From: a virus
Virus record (IMG/VR): IMGVR_UViG_3300045988_104640
Location: 1 to 39,374 of that record
Length of the DNA: 39,374 nt
Direction: 5' to 3' (one strand)
Positions 13,881-24,309 of this stretch are shown here, one piece after another (the stretch's first letter is position 1; each line of letters begins with the position of its first letter). The notes under the pieces were generated by a model that was not told the origin of the DNA, searched no databases, and saw only the letters and a list, made by a program, of their open reading frames with translations. Made by a program: the position numbers and the translations under genes.

Positions 13881-15330
13881 TGTTTTAAAGCTCTATAACG
13901 ATGTTTTGAGGACGGATTATTGCGCGTATGTAAAACATACCAACAATGACTACAAAGTCAGCAAATTCCACCGTTTTTTGTGTGATACGGTGCAAGATTT
14001 TCTTGAAGAGGACACAGGACATGCATACGATATTCTGATTTTATCGACACCGCCGCAGCACGGCAAGTCTGTAACGGTGACAGAGACGCTTCCGAGTTGG
14101 TATCTTGGACGGAATCCGGAAAAGTCTGTAATTGAAATTTCTTACGGACAAGACTTTGCACAGCGTTTCGGTAGGCGAAACCTTAGAAAAATCCAAGAAT
14201 ACGGCGGAGAAATCTTTGGCATTCGTATTGGCAGCCCGGCTAATGCCACAGAATTTGAACTGGAAGGACATCGCGGCGGAATGACAAGCTGCGGACTTCT
14301 TACAGGCGTAACCGGACGGCGATGTGACTTGATGATCATTGACGACCCTGTTAAGACCCAACAAGAAGCGGATTCCGAGAGTTATCGTAATCGAGTGTTT
14401 GATGAATGGCTTTCGTCGTACAAGACAAGATTATATGCCGGGGCGAAAATAATCTTGATTATGACGCGTTGGCATGAAGATGACCTTGCAGGCAGACTGA
14501 TAGAGACAGAGGAAAATGTAAAAGTAGTCAATATCCCGTTAGAAGCTGAACCAAACGATATCTTAGGCCGAAAGGTAGGCGATGCGCTTTGCCCCGAAAT
14601 CGGCAAAGATAATGTTTGGCTTGCCGACTTCAAGAAGTCATATACCAGCGTGAGCGGTTCGCGTGCATGGAATGCATTGTTTCAAGGACACCCGACAGGG
14701 CTTGAAGGTAACCTTATCAAGCGCGAATGGTGGCAGTATTATGATACGCTTCCCGAGATTGTAACTTGGGGAATGAGTGTTGACGCGACTTTTAAAGACG
14801 GAAAAGACAACGACTTTGTCGCAATTCAAGTATGGGGAAAAAATGGCCCTGATATGTACTTGATAGACGCGGTACGAAATCACCTTGATATGCCGTCAAC
14901 CATGCGTGAAATTATCAGACTTCGGGCAATGTACCCGAAATGCAAAACGACTTACATAGAAGATAAAGCGAACGGCTCTGCCATAATCAAATATTTGCGC
15001 ACACATATGACGGGAATTATCGCAGTCAACCCCGACGGCGGTAAGGTATCTCGTGTAAATGCGGTTATAGGTGCAATCGAAAGCGGAAACTGCTTTCTTC
15101 CGAGAAATAAACCGTTTACAGGTTCTTTTATAGACGAATGCGCAGCTTTTCCGAACGGAAAACATGACGACCAAGTTGACTGTATGAGCCAAATGCTGAA
15201 TAAATTCATCTATTCGAGCGCGAAAATAGCGAAAGTCATAGAGGAATCACCTTTAATTCGTAATTTTCCGGGCTTGAAGAAAAAAAGAGGGAAAAAATTC
15301 GACAAAGGAGACAAAATTCATGTTATCTAA
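13873..15330 (+). CDS. terL: terminase large subunit
   Basis: Walker A-like STPPQHGKS, Walker B CDLMIIDDP, coupling motif MTRWHEDDL, and a C-terminal RNaseH-like nuclease (VDATF ... DDQVDC). SD GAGGGTGG before ATG 13873. Confidence 0.9.
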   Translation: MNNVLKLYNDVLRTDYCAYVKHTNNDYKVSKFHRFLCDTVQDFLEEDTGHAYDILILSTPPQHGKSVTVTETLPSWYLGRNPEKSVIEISYGQDFAQRFGRRNLRKIQEYGGEIFGIRIGSPANATEFELEGHRGGMTSCGLLTGVTGRRCDLMIIDDPVKTQQEADSESYRNRVFDEWLSSYKTRLYAGAKIILIMTRWHEDDLAGRLIETEENVKVVNIPLEAEPNDILGRKVGDALCPEIGKDNVWLADFKKSYTSVSGSRAWNALFQGHPTGLEGNLIKREWWQYYDTLPEIVTWGMSVDATFKDGKDNDFVAIQVWGKNGPDMYLIDAVRNHLDMPSTMREIIRLRAMYPKCKTTYIEDKANGSAIIKYLRTHMTGIIAVNPDGGKVSRVNAVIGAIESGNCFLPRNKPFTGSFIDECAAFPNGKHDDQVDCMSQMLNKFIYSSAKIAKVIEESPLIRNFPGLKKKRGKKFDKGDKIHVI

Positions 15331-15574
15331 CCTTACGATTTTGATTTTAGCCGTTATGACACCATTCTTGAGTGTCTTTTGTTTTATAAAAGGCTACAAT
15401 ATCGGCGCAAAAGAGACGAATAAGCCCGAAATAAAGCTTGAAACACCAATCGAAAAGATTGAAAAGGCAAAAGAACAGAAAAAGACAAAGAAACGCAACG
15501 ATAGACTTAATGCAATTCTCGACAATATAAACAATTATCATGGCGACAGTACAGGTCAGAGGGAGATTTCGTAA
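15320..15574 (+). CDS. small membrane protein, 84 aa
   Basis: N-terminal TM segment LTILILAVMTPFLSVFCFI, then a K/E-rich tail. SD AAAGGAGA. Confidence 0.55.
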   Translation: MLSNLTILILAVMTPFLSVFCFIKGYNIGAKETNKPEIKLETPIEKIEKAKEQKKTKKRNDRLNAILDNINNYHGDSTGQREIS

Positions 15575-17241
15575 TGGAAAACAAAGTATACACCAAAATA
15601 TGGATGATGTACCAAAAATGCAAAGATTATCTTGATAAAAAAAGACTTGTCAAGAAAACCGAGCGAAACTGGAACTTCTATATTGGCAACCAGTGGGTTG
15701 GATGTAATACCGGGGGAGAGGAACTTCCGGTTATTAACTTTATTTCCCCGATAGTGAGGTACAAAACGGCGATTGTGTCGCAAAATTCAATGACTGCCAA
15801 GTACTCTGACATCGAGGAAAGAGCCGACTTGCAGCCGATATACGAACTTCTAAACCAAAATTTCTCTAAAAACTGGGAAAAGGCCAAAATGGATTCAAAA
15901 ACATGGGATATCATCAAGGCTTCGTGCATTCAAGGTGATTCTTACGCATATTGGGGCACTGATAGAACGGACATGCCACCAAAGATATTGCCAAACACGG
16001 CGGTGCTTTTAGGAGATGAAAACATCACCGAACTGCAAGAGCAGCCATTTATCATTATCCGCGAAAGGCTTGAGGTTGAGGCAGTAAGAAGCGTAGCAAA
16101 GGCGAACGGAATCGCGAAAAAGGAAATAGAATTGATTGTCGGAGACGATAATGCGAACTCAAATAACGGTGTTATCCTGAACAACGACGAAGTTTCTAAT
16201 AAGGTAACCTCGCTTTTATACATGACAAAGGAGAATGGCATTGTCAAAGTGGCACGTTCCACCTCACAATGCATATACGAACCTCTTCATGCGATTGAGG
16301 GCGATGTAACAGGACTGCACTCGTACCCGATTTGCTCCATGATATGGGAGCCGGTACCATACAACGCAAGAGGAATTTCGGAAGTTGCACAAATGATACC
16401 GAACCAGTTAGAGGTCAACAAGACGGCGGCAAGACGAGCAATCACCGTAAAACTGTGTGCATTCCCTCGTATTGCGTACGATTCGAGTACCGTACAGAAC
16501 CCCGAAGACTTAGACACGGTTGGAAAGCCGATTCAAGTCAACGGCGGCGGTGCACAGTCGGTAGCACAGCAAGTAGCATACCTTAACGCAACGAACATTT
16601 CAAGCGACGCAAAGAACTTGCAAGATGATTTATTGCAGACGACGAAAGACCTTGCCGGAGCGAGTGATTACGCAATGGGTAATGTCAACCCTGAACAAGC
16701 GTCCGGACAAGCTATCATAGCAGTAAGAGATAGTGCGCAAATTCCATTGAATGAGAATGTGGCAAGATTCAAACAGTTTGTAGAAGATGTTGCCTTGTTA
16801 TGGTTCGACATGTGGGTGGCTTATCATCCCGAAGGGATTAACGTAACCTCAATTAACGATATGGGAGAGGAAGTGCAGACCTTAATTGACCAACAGCAAT
16901 TACAAGAATTAAAGCCTACCGTAAGGATTGATGTATCACAGGATAACCAGTGGACGAAACTTTCCGAACAACAATGGCTTGACAATATGTTTGACCGTCA
17001 GCAGCTTTCCTTAGAGGAATACGCAGAGCTTGCACCGGATAACGGCTCCGTGCCAAAAGGCAAGTTAAGAGCGGTTCTTTCAAAGCGAGAAGCAATGATG
17101 AAGAAACAGCAAGAAGACAGCGGTGCGGCCTTTGCAAGGCAGGTGCTTGACCTTGTATCGCAAGGCATACCGCAAGAAGAGGCAATCGCCTTAGTACAAC
17201 AGAATATCAGTCAAGAGACAGCCCAAGAGGTTGTTTTTTAA
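15574..17241 (+). CDS. portal protein
   Basis: 555 aa, directly after terL. N-terminal NWNFYIGNQWVG is typical of SPP1-type portals. Confidence 0.8.
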   Translation: MENKVYTKIWMMYQKCKDYLDKKRLVKKTERNWNFYIGNQWVGCNTGGEELPVINFISPIVRYKTAIVSQNSMTAKYSDIEERADLQPIYELLNQNFSKNWEKAKMDSKTWDIIKASCIQGDSYAYWGTDRTDMPPKILPNTAVLLGDENITELQEQPFIIIRERLEVEAVRSVAKANGIAKKEIELIVGDDNANSNNGVILNNDEVSNKVTSLLYMTKENGIVKVARSTSQCIYEPLHAIEGDVTGLHSYPICSMIWEPVPYNARGISEVAQMIPNQLEVNKTAARRAITVKLCAFPRIAYDSSTVQNPEDLDTVGKPIQVNGGGAQSVAQQVAYLNATNISSDAKNLQDDLLQTTKDLAGASDYAMGNVNPEQASGQAIIAVRDSAQIPLNENVARFKQFVEDVALLWFDMWVAYHPEGINVTSINDMGEEVQTLIDQQQLQELKPTVRIDVSQDNQWTKLSEQQWLDNMFDRQQLSLEEYAELAPDNGSVPKGKLRAVLSKREAMMKKQQEDSGAAFARQVLDLVSQGIPQEEAIALVQQNISQETAQEVVF

Positions 17242-17263
17242 TATTCAAAAAGGAGATTAAAAC

Positions 17264-17965
17264 ATGGAAACAGAAACTTTGAACCCTCAAATTGAGGAAA
17301 GCGCAGAAATGACGGAAGTCGCTGAACCGTCGGAAGTGGAAGTTTTAGGCGAAGAAGAGCAGGAAGTCGCCGAAACTGCCAAAACAGAGCAGGATGCAGC
17401 ATTTGCACAGATGCGAAGACACAATGAAGAACTTGAACGACAGTTAGCCGAAGCACAGAAACAGTCCAAAGAGTACGAAGACGCTTTAGGGCTGTTTTTT
17501 GATGGTGAGGACAAAGCAATAAAGGCACAAGCCTATTACAATGAGCGACCGTTTGAGGAAGTCAAAGCAGAAACGGAAATGCAAGCACAACTTGCCGCAC
17601 TCCAAAACGAAAAAGAGAACTTAGAGCAGCAGCTTTTAGAGCAGCAGGCTCAAGCACAAATGGATGCGGATTTAGCAGAGATTCAGAAATCACATCCCGA
17701 AGTAAAGTCCATTGACGAGTTAGGACAGGAATATTTAGCGTTCCGCTTTAATCCAATGGGCGAAATGGGAGCAGAGCAAGCATTTCAAATGATGATGGCA
17801 TACAAAGGCAACATAACACCCAAGAAACCGCCAATCATCGGAAATGTCTCAACCACAGACAAACCTCAAAGCGATTATTACACGCGTGAGGAAGTTGAAG
17901 CGATGTCTCCTGCGGAAGTGAAAGCGAATTATGACAGAATCCGCGAATCAATTCCAAAATGGTAA
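17264..17965 (+). CDS. scaffolding protein (putative)
   Basis: Acidic, E/Q/A-rich, coiled-coil-like. Located between the portal and the major capsid gene. Confidence 0.6.
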   Translation: METETLNPQIEESAEMTEVAEPSEVEVLGEEEQEVAETAKTEQDAAFAQMRRHNEELERQLAEAQKQSKEYEDALGLFFDGEDKAIKAQAYYNERPFEEVKAETEMQAQLAALQNEKENLEQQLLEQQAQAQMDADLAEIQKSHPEVKSIDELGQEYLAFRFNPMGEMGAEQAFQMMMAYKGNITPKKPPIIGNVSTTDKPQSDYYTREEVEAMSPAEVKANYDRIRESIPKW

Positions 17966-17979
17966 AGGAGAAATAACAA

Positions 17980-18810
17980 ATGTCATATCAAAATTTTATT
18001 CCGACAGTATGGGCGGAAGCAATCAACAGAGAATTAGAGAGAAGTCATGTATTTGTAGAGGACACCAACAGACAGTATGAGGGCGAAGTAAAACAGCAAG
18101 GTGACTCCGTAAGAATCCTTGGTGTAGGAAAGCCAACAATTAAGACGCAGACAGGAAAGAACATTACGCTTGGAAAAGTGGAAAAAGTTGCTGATCAGTC
18201 CATCACATTAAACATCAATCAGGTTTCATTCTTCAATTACGGAGTTGGAGATATTGACAAAAGACAGGCAGTCGGCGGACTGATGGAAGCACTGTCAAAA
18301 GAAACATCGGAAGGGTTAGCCGACGAAATGGATAAATTTGTTGCAAATATGTCCCTAAGCAAACAGGCTGTTGTGTTCAATTCTGCGGCAACCACGATTA
18401 CCAAGGACAACATCCTTGAAACAATCGACAATATGCTTGTTAAATTACTGGAGAACGATGTCAAGAGGAATTCAAACATCACCCTGACGCTTCCGCCGAA
18501 GCATGTAATGTTGTTAAAGCAGGCATACACACACCTTGATACCGATAACTCCGCAATGCTGAAAAATGGTGTTGTTGGAAGATATAATGGTATCACGATT
18601 AAAGAATCCAACAACTGTGCAAAGGATTCTTCCGGAAACTACATGGTACAGCTGAAGACCAACAGAGCGATTGCTTTTGTAAATCCAATGACGCACATCG
18701 AGCCGTACAGACCGGAAGAGGATTTTATCGATGCAGTTAAGGGATTTATCTTGTATGATGGCATCATCGCAAGACCGAAAGAACTTATCGTAGGAAAATG
18801 GGCAGCATAA
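17980..18810 (+). CDS. major capsid protein
   Basis: The position, the strong SD AAAGGAGA, and the N-terminal FIPTVWAEAINRELERSHVF ... GDSVRI pattern are typical of P22-coat/HK97-fold capsid families. Confidence 0.8.
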   Translation: MSYQNFIPTVWAEAINRELERSHVFVEDTNRQYEGEVKQQGDSVRILGVGKPTIKTQTGKNITLGKVEKVADQSITLNINQVSFFNYGVGDIDKRQAVGGLMEALSKETSEGLADEMDKFVANMSLSKQAVVFNSAATTITKDNILETIDNMLVKLLENDVKRNSNITLTLPPKHVMLLKQAYTHLDTDNSAMLKNGVVGRYNGITIKESNNCAKDSSGNYMVQLKTNRAIAFVNPMTHIEPYRPEEDFIDAVKGFILYDGIIARPKELIVGKWAA

Positions 18811-18823
18811 GGAGGTGTGAACA

Positions 18824-19177
18824 ATGGCGAAAACAAAAATTACAGCAGATGCGTTAAAACTTAACAACTGGGGAGTGCTGACTTTTACAGCAGGAACAAC
18901 CGATGGATTCCAAGTACCGGCAGTGAACGGTGATTGGAAAAGAGTTGTTTTAGTGCAGAATACGGACACTTCCGCAGCGGTTACTGTTACTGTTAAACAG
19001 GGAAACGGCATTCAGGGAGTAAAAGACCTTGACGCATTTTCGATTCCAGCCGGAAAGACTGCTGCAATCAGACTGGACGACGGAAGATACAAGAATGTTT
19101 CCGGAGAAGACAAGGACTATATTCTTATCGTACCGTCCTCGACAAAAGCTTCAATGTCTGTTGTCGAATTACCGTAA
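18824..19177 (+). CDS. small beta-rich virion protein (head decoration candidate)
   Basis: Strong SD TAAGGAGGTG, immediately after the capsid gene and followed by a terminator. Confidence 0.5.
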   Translation: MAKTKITADALKLNNWGVLTFTAGTTDGFQVPAVNGDWKRVVLVQNTDTSAAVTVTVKQGNGIQGVKDLDAFSIPAGKTAAIRLDDGRYKNVSGEDKDYILIVPSSTKASMSVVELP

Positions 19178-19183
19178 TGAATA

Positions 19184-19208
19184 GGGGGCTTTACGCCCCC
19201 ACTTTTTT
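19184..19208 (+). terminator. intrinsic terminator/attenuator after the capsid gene pair
   Basis: GGGGGC-TTTAC-GCCCCC followed by ACTTTTTT. It lies inside the N-terminus of the track ORF at 19177, arguing for the 19222 start. Confidence 0.7.
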
Positions 19209-19221
19209 AAAGGAGAGAACT

Positions 19222-19641
19222 ATGACATGGGGAGAATTAAAAAATCAAATACGAGATTTAGGATTTGAGGATGATTCTGCAATGCAGGAGTATGATTCTA
19301 TCGTAAGAAACGCGGTAAACCATGCAATTCATATTATCAATACAACGGTGGTAATGCCTCTGAAAGCATACTTTAAAGTTGAGCTTTCGACGGATGAAGA
19401 GGAATGGAGTATGCCAGTCATTGAAGACATCACAGAAAATACTCCAACAGACTTTGAAATACAGCTTCCGCTTATTGTGCAACCTCTAATTAAACTTTTG
19501 GCAGCGCATTATGTGTGGATGGACGATGATTTATCAAAGTCAACCTATTATTACAATGAATATGACGATTTGTCGAATCAAATTAGGCAAGCGTGCCTTG
19601 CAACAACGAGAGTAAAGATAGGGCAGGGATTAAGACTATGA
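19222..19641 (+). CDS. virion protein (head-tail adaptor/completion candidate), 139 aa
   Basis: SD AAAGGAGAG before ATG 19222. Position between head and tail genes. Confidence 0.5.
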   Translation: MTWGELKNQIRDLGFEDDSAMQEYDSIVRNAVNHAIHIINTTVVMPLKAYFKVELSTDEEEWSMPVIEDITENTPTDFEIQLPLIVQPLIKLLAAHYVWMDDDLSKSTYYYNEYDDLSNQIRQACLATTRVKIGQGLRL

Positions 19642-21719
19642 AATTGACTATACCGGCACAGCCGACATACAGACATATATATTACGAAAATCTGCGCGGC
19701 GCGGACTTTTCGAGAGACCGAACGGAGGTAAACGGGCGGAGAAGCCCGGACATGCTCAATCTCATTTCTGACAATGGAGGCAATCCGATTAAGCGTCTTG
19801 GATGGCGAAAAGTAACGACTTTTGAGAATAGTGGCAAGATTGAAAAAATCCTGTTACATAAAGAAAGCGTTGGTGCAGTCAAGTATGTATTAGCCGAAAA
19901 AGGAATTTTCGCTGTTTACAACAATTCAGAGGGCGCAGAAACTATTACCACCCTTGTATCATACAATACTTTAGATTGCGCAGATTTATTCCTGTATAAT
20001 GACACTGTTTATGCATTTGCGAACGGAAAATTATACAAATTCAAAGACCTCGTGGCAGAAGATGTAATCGCTGCCGGGACAGCAAAAATCCCAGAGGTTT
20101 CAATATCCCGAAATCCCGACGGAAGCGGAGGCGTTTCTCTTGAAGGTGTAAACTTATTAACTCCAAAGAGAATATTTTCATTTTTGGGCAACAGCAGCGC
20201 AAAGGAATATTCCCTTGTACCGGAGAAGCTCAAAACCAACGACTTTTACAAATACATTGTAGCGGATTCTATCAAAGTTGAAGTCATGGATAAAGACGGA
20301 GAGTTTAAAGAACAAACAAAAGATACTGATTACACGATTGGCGAAATAACAGTGCTCAAGGGGAAAAATGTTCTTGGGGAAGTTACTGATTTCAATGTTT
20401 GTGCTCCTAAAATCACTTTCACAGCCGCGCATGCTCCGACGATTACAGGACAAGACAATGTCAAGATTACATTTGAAAATTTCGACGCAACAGAAGACCA
20501 CAAAGAGACAGAGGGAGAAACGGAGACCATTATTTACAAAGGGCAGTACAAAGAAAATCGTGCAGACCTTTTAAAGACCTTTATCACAAAGGCTTATGGC
20601 TACTCTAAAACAGACCGAATTTTTGCGGTTGGAGGAGTAAATAAAAACCGCGTTTATTATACGGGAGTAGATGACCCAACATACTGGCCGGATAACAACT
20701 ATTTTATCGCAGGGCAGGACGGCAACGATATTGTAGGACTACATGTTTATTCGTCTTATTTGGCTGTTATAAAAGGCGATACCAACACAGAAACAACGGT
20801 TTATTTGGCATACGGTCAGATTTTAAATAACGAAACCTATTTCGCTGTCAAGCCGACAATGGGCGGCGAAGGTGGAATCGCACCCAAGACTTTTGCAACT
20901 TTAGGTGATGACCCTTTATTCCTAACAAGAAACGGCGTTTTTGCGATTACGAATGTCTTTGCCACAACAGATAATGTCCTAAGAAACCGTTCTTATTTCG
21001 TGGATAAAAGACTGATTGAAGAAGATAACTTGGAATCTTCGGCAGCTGTTGTATGGAGACGGTATTATATCCTTTGCGTGAATGGACACTGTTATGTGTT
21101 AGACGGGCGGCAAAAGTCGACGGATAACAATAATACCACGAACTACTCATATGAGTGCTATTACTGGGAGAATATACCGGCCACATGTTTCTTTGTGTAC
21201 GAGAATGAATTGTGGTTCGGCACCGCAGACGGATATTTGTGTAAATTCAACACAGATATTTCGGATAATACTGCATATTGTGACGATGGAACGCTGGCAC
21301 TTAGCACACAGGGAGAAAAGATTATCACCGGAGGAACGGCAATTTCGTGTAGATGGTCAACGCCGCTTGACGATTATCGTATGCCACAGTATTTCAAAAC
21401 TCTCAATAAAAAGGGTTCCTTGTTGACATTGCTACCATATGACAAAACATCCGCAATCGTAACGCTCATTGCTGACGGAGATAGAGAATACCCGCTCGGT
21501 ATTTTTTATGCGGATATTTTCACATGGGACCCAGTTGATTTTGACCGATTCACATTCAGCAGCAATGAAACAGCACAAGACGATTTCTTCAATAAGAAAG
21601 TAAAGAGGTACAGACGACTTCAAGTTATCGTTGAAAACACGGCGATTTATGAACCGTTCGGGCTTCTGAAAATAACAGAAACCTACACAGTAGGAAATTT
21701 CAGTAAGAATAGGGGGTAA
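19638..21719 (+). CDS. large virion structural protein (tail/nozzle candidate), 693 aa
   Basis: ATGA coupling at 19638. The size and the position after the adaptor support the call. Beta-rich sequence. Confidence 0.5.
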   Translation: MKLTIPAQPTYRHIYYENLRGADFSRDRTEVNGRRSPDMLNLISDNGGNPIKRLGWRKVTTFENSGKIEKILLHKESVGAVKYVLAEKGIFAVYNNSEGAETITTLVSYNTLDCADLFLYNDTVYAFANGKLYKFKDLVAEDVIAAGTAKIPEVSISRNPDGSGGVSLEGVNLLTPKRIFSFLGNSSAKEYSLVPEKLKTNDFYKYIVADSIKVEVMDKDGEFKEQTKDTDYTIGEITVLKGKNVLGEVTDFNVCAPKITFTAAHAPTITGQDNVKITFENFDATEDHKETEGETETIIYKGQYKENRADLLKTFITKAYGYSKTDRIFAVGGVNKNRVYYTGVDDPTYWPDNNYFIAGQDGNDIVGLHVYSSYLAVIKGDTNTETTVYLAYGQILNNETYFAVKPTMGGEGGIAPKTFATLGDDPLFLTRNGVFAITNVFATTDNVLRNRSYFVDKRLIEEDNLESSAAVVWRRYYILCVNGHCYVLDGRQKSTDNNNTTNYSYECYYWENIPATCFFVYENELWFGTADGYLCKFNTDISDNTAYCDDGTLALSTQGEKIITGGTAISCRWSTPLDDYRMPQYFKTLNKKGSLLTLLPYDKTSAIVTLIADGDREYPLGIFYADIFTWDPVDFDRFTFSSNETAQDDFFNKKVKRYRRLQVIVENTAIYEPFGLLKITETYTVGNFSKNRG

Positions 21720-21722
21720 GAC

Positions 21723-23207
21723 ATGGCATTATCCGATACAAAGACACTAACCAGTGAACGGAATGCGGCATATGTTAAGTCCAATCCTGGGCGAAGGCTC
21801 ACCGGAACCGTAGAAGAGAACAAGAACGCATTTGACAAGTTTCCACAACTGAACATGGACAAGCATAATGCGCTTGTTGACCTCTTGATTACACTGGGGA
21901 TTGATTCTATTGTCGATGATTTAGATTCTCGGTACACCAAGACAGAGACAGACACTAAAATATCGACAGAAACTAACAATTTAATCGAAAAAATAGAATT
22001 CACCGTTGACGATGGCAAATTCAAGATAACGACGAAAGGCGGAAAAAAGACGGTGATTGATACCGTCCTTGAAAAGGTTCCGGCTTCGTTTGAGCTGGTA
22101 ACCGAATCGGGAAAACAATACCTCAAGGTTACAAACCAAGACGGCACATCTTCAAAGACAGATGTTTCCGCATTATTCAATGTGTATCGGTTTGAAGATT
22201 CTGATACGATAGATTTCACAGAATCACCGACCTATACAGTTACCGCAATCATCAAAAACAATTCAATTACCTTAGACCACTTGTCACTTGCCGCGGTGTC
22301 AACTTTAGAAGGTTATGTTTCATCAGCGGCAGGGAGCGCAACTGCGGCGGCAGGGAGCGCGACAGAGGCAGAAACGAGCGCAAACAATGCAAGTACATTT
22401 GCGCAGTCCGCAAAAGGATATTCCGAATCGTCAGCAAGCTCTAAAAATGCGGCGGAGGCAAGTGCGACAGCAGCGGCGAATGCCGCACAGACCGCAAACA
22501 GCAAGGCGAATGCGGCAAACGGTTCGGCAATAACTGCCCAGTCCTACGCAGTAGGCGGCACCGGAACCCGACAGGGAGAAGATACCGATAACGCAAAATA
22601 CTATTATCAGATGGCAAAGGAAGCCGTCGGCGAAGACTTCGTAACGCAAAGCGAATTAGCGACAGCCCTCGACGGCAAGGTCAATAAGGAAACAGGTAAA
22701 GGCCTCAGTACGAACGACTATACCACAACCGACAAAAACAAAGTGGCAAATGTTCCGTCAAATACGAACACGGCATTAGCAGGAAAGGTAGATAAAATCG
22801 CAGGCAAAGGTTTGTCAACAAACGATTACACTACGACGGAGAAAAACAAGGTTGCCAATCTTCCGGCGAACACAAACACAGAGCTGAATAAAAAGGCGAA
22901 TACATCCGATGTCTACAACAAATCCGACGCAGACGAAAGGTTCGCAAAAACAGTAACCTACACCGCTACTGTAGGCACAGCATGGACAGCCAAGACAGGC
23001 TATGTGCAGCAGACAATCACGGTAAACGGCATTCTGGCAACGGACAACCCTATCATTGACCTTGTGGCAACCACGGCGGATTTTGAAGCCCAGCAGGAAG
23101 CATGGAGCAAGGTTTTCAAGGTCACAACAGCGGCGAATTCAATCACGCTGTACGCTTCGGAGGCAACGGAAAAAGCAATCAGTCTGCAAATAAAGGTGGT
23201 GAGATAA
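21723..23207 (+). CDS. tail fiber / receptor-binding protein
   Basis: Ala/Ser-rich coiled segment (SAAGSATAAAGSATEAETSANNAS...). Two ~36-aa repeats GKGLSTNDYTTT(D/E)KNKVAN(V/L)P(S/A)NTNT, typical of phage fiber repeats. Confidence 0.8.
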   Translation: MALSDTKTLTSERNAAYVKSNPGRRLTGTVEENKNAFDKFPQLNMDKHNALVDLLITLGIDSIVDDLDSRYTKTETDTKISTETNNLIEKIEFTVDDGKFKITTKGGKKTVIDTVLEKVPASFELVTESGKQYLKVTNQDGTSSKTDVSALFNVYRFEDSDTIDFTESPTYTVTAIIKNNSITLDHLSLAAVSTLEGYVSSAAGSATAAAGSATEAETSANNASTFAQSAKGYSESSASSKNAAEASATAAANAAQTANSKANAANGSAITAQSYAVGGTGTRQGEDTDNAKYYYQMAKEAVGEDFVTQSELATALDGKVNKETGKGLSTNDYTTTDKNKVANVPSNTNTALAGKVDKIAGKGLSTNDYTTTEKNKVANLPANTNTELNKKANTSDVYNKSDADERFAKTVTYTATVGTAWTAKTGYVQQTITVNGILATDNPIIDLVATTADFEAQQEAWSKVFKVTTAANSITLYASEATEKAISLQIKVVR

Positions 23208-24055
23208 TGGGAGAAGCATTATTAGTTAGAAAAGGCGGCGGTGGCAGTAAAAGTCCGATAGAATATGAATACACAGGAAGTTCAAGGCTGTTATATGAAG
23301 CGGATGAAGGCGAAGCTAAAGCGTTTGCACTTGAATTGCTTACAAGCGGAACCTTGAATATTCGAAAAAGTACTGCGAAAAGTTTCGACATATTCCTTGT
23401 AGGTGGCGGCGGTGGTGGCAGCGGTTATGCAGCAGATAGTAATGGTAACTATAGTGGTGGCGGTGGCGGTGGCGGCGGCTACACCACAACAGAAATTAAC
23501 GCAAACCTTGAAAAAGGGAGAAATTATTCTGCCATTATAGGCGCAGGTGGTGCAGCTGGAAACGATGGCGGAAATACCAGTTTTTTAGGAAAAACGGCTT
23601 TAGGCGGAAAAGCAGGAAGCTCATCTGGGGCAGGTGGAGCAGGCGGTTCTGGTGGCGGTGGTTCTGGTGGCGGAAAGATAGGCGGCACAGGCGGAAGTAA
23701 AAGCACAAAAGCATTTGAGGAAGAAAACGGCAAAATTTATGCAGGCGGCGGTGGCGGCGCAGGCATTGGCAGTGGCAAATTTGGTTCTCGTGGTGGAGCA
23801 GGCGGCAGTGATGGAGCAAGCGGAGCAGAAGGAACATCAAGTTCTAGTTATACAGGTGCAACAGGTGGAGCAGGCGGTTCTGGTGGCGGTGGTTCTGGAG
23901 CAAATTCAGCTAATAACTACGGGGAAGCGTCGAATGCCACAAATGGAGAGACGAACTCTGGTGGCGGTGGCGGTGGCAGTGGCAGCACCGAAGGATTTAA
24001 AACACCAGGTTCCGGAGGTTCTGGTATCATAATTATTAGAGGGAGATATGTATAA
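23207..24055 (+). CDS. glycine-rich virion protein (Gly-rich beta-helix-like domain), 282 aa
   Basis: TAATG start at 23207. Contains FLVGGGGGGSG, GGGGGGGGYT, and repeated GAGG/GSGGGG tracts interspersed with short beta-like segments. Confidence 0.6.
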   Translation: MGEALLVRKGGGGSKSPIEYEYTGSSRLLYEADEGEAKAFALELLTSGTLNIRKSTAKSFDIFLVGGGGGGSGYAADSNGNYSGGGGGGGGYTTTEINANLEKGRNYSAIIGAGGAAGNDGGNTSFLGKTALGGKAGSSSGAGGAGGSGGGGSGGGKIGGTGGSKSTKAFEEENGKIYAGGGGGAGIGSGKFGSRGGAGGSDGASGAEGTSSSSYTGATGGAGGSGGGGSGANSANNYGEASNATNGETNSGGGGGGSGSTEGFKTPGSGGSGIIIIRGRYV

Positions 24056-24309
24056 TGAATTATGCGCTAATTGAAAACGAAATTGTGACAAATATCATCT
24101 ATCTGCATCCAATGAATGCAGATGAATTTCCATCAGCGGTGGCAATCAATAATCTGCCTGTTGCGATAGGCGATTCCTACACAGACGGAAAATTCTATAG
24201 AGACGGAAAGGAAATCACATTGATAGCAACCCACACACTGGATGAAGCAAACGACATCGACACCGTATTAACAGAATTAGAAAATGAGGTGGGAATCAAT
24301 GAACAGTGA
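24055..24309 (+). CDS. hypothetical protein, 84 aa
   Basis: TAATG coupling, SD GAGGGAGA. Confidence 0.5.
   Translation: MNYALIENEIVTNIIYLHPMNADEFPSAVAINNLPVAIGDSYTDGKFYRDGKEITLIATHTLDEANDIDTVLTELENEVGINEQ

Noticed and set aside
19177-19221. Upstream start (19177) for the adaptor-like gene
   Set aside because: That segment contains a strong hairpin plus T-run terminator and no SD. ATG 19222 is preceded by AAAGGAGAG.
23524-24032. Long ORFs in alternative frames and on the opposite strand within the glycine-rich gene (23524-23733, 23535-23840, 23715-24032), and similarly 22313-22649 inside the fiber gene
   Set aside because: They are artifacts of GGN / GCN codon repeats, which lack stops in several frames. 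They have no SDs and are embedded in a well-supported gene.
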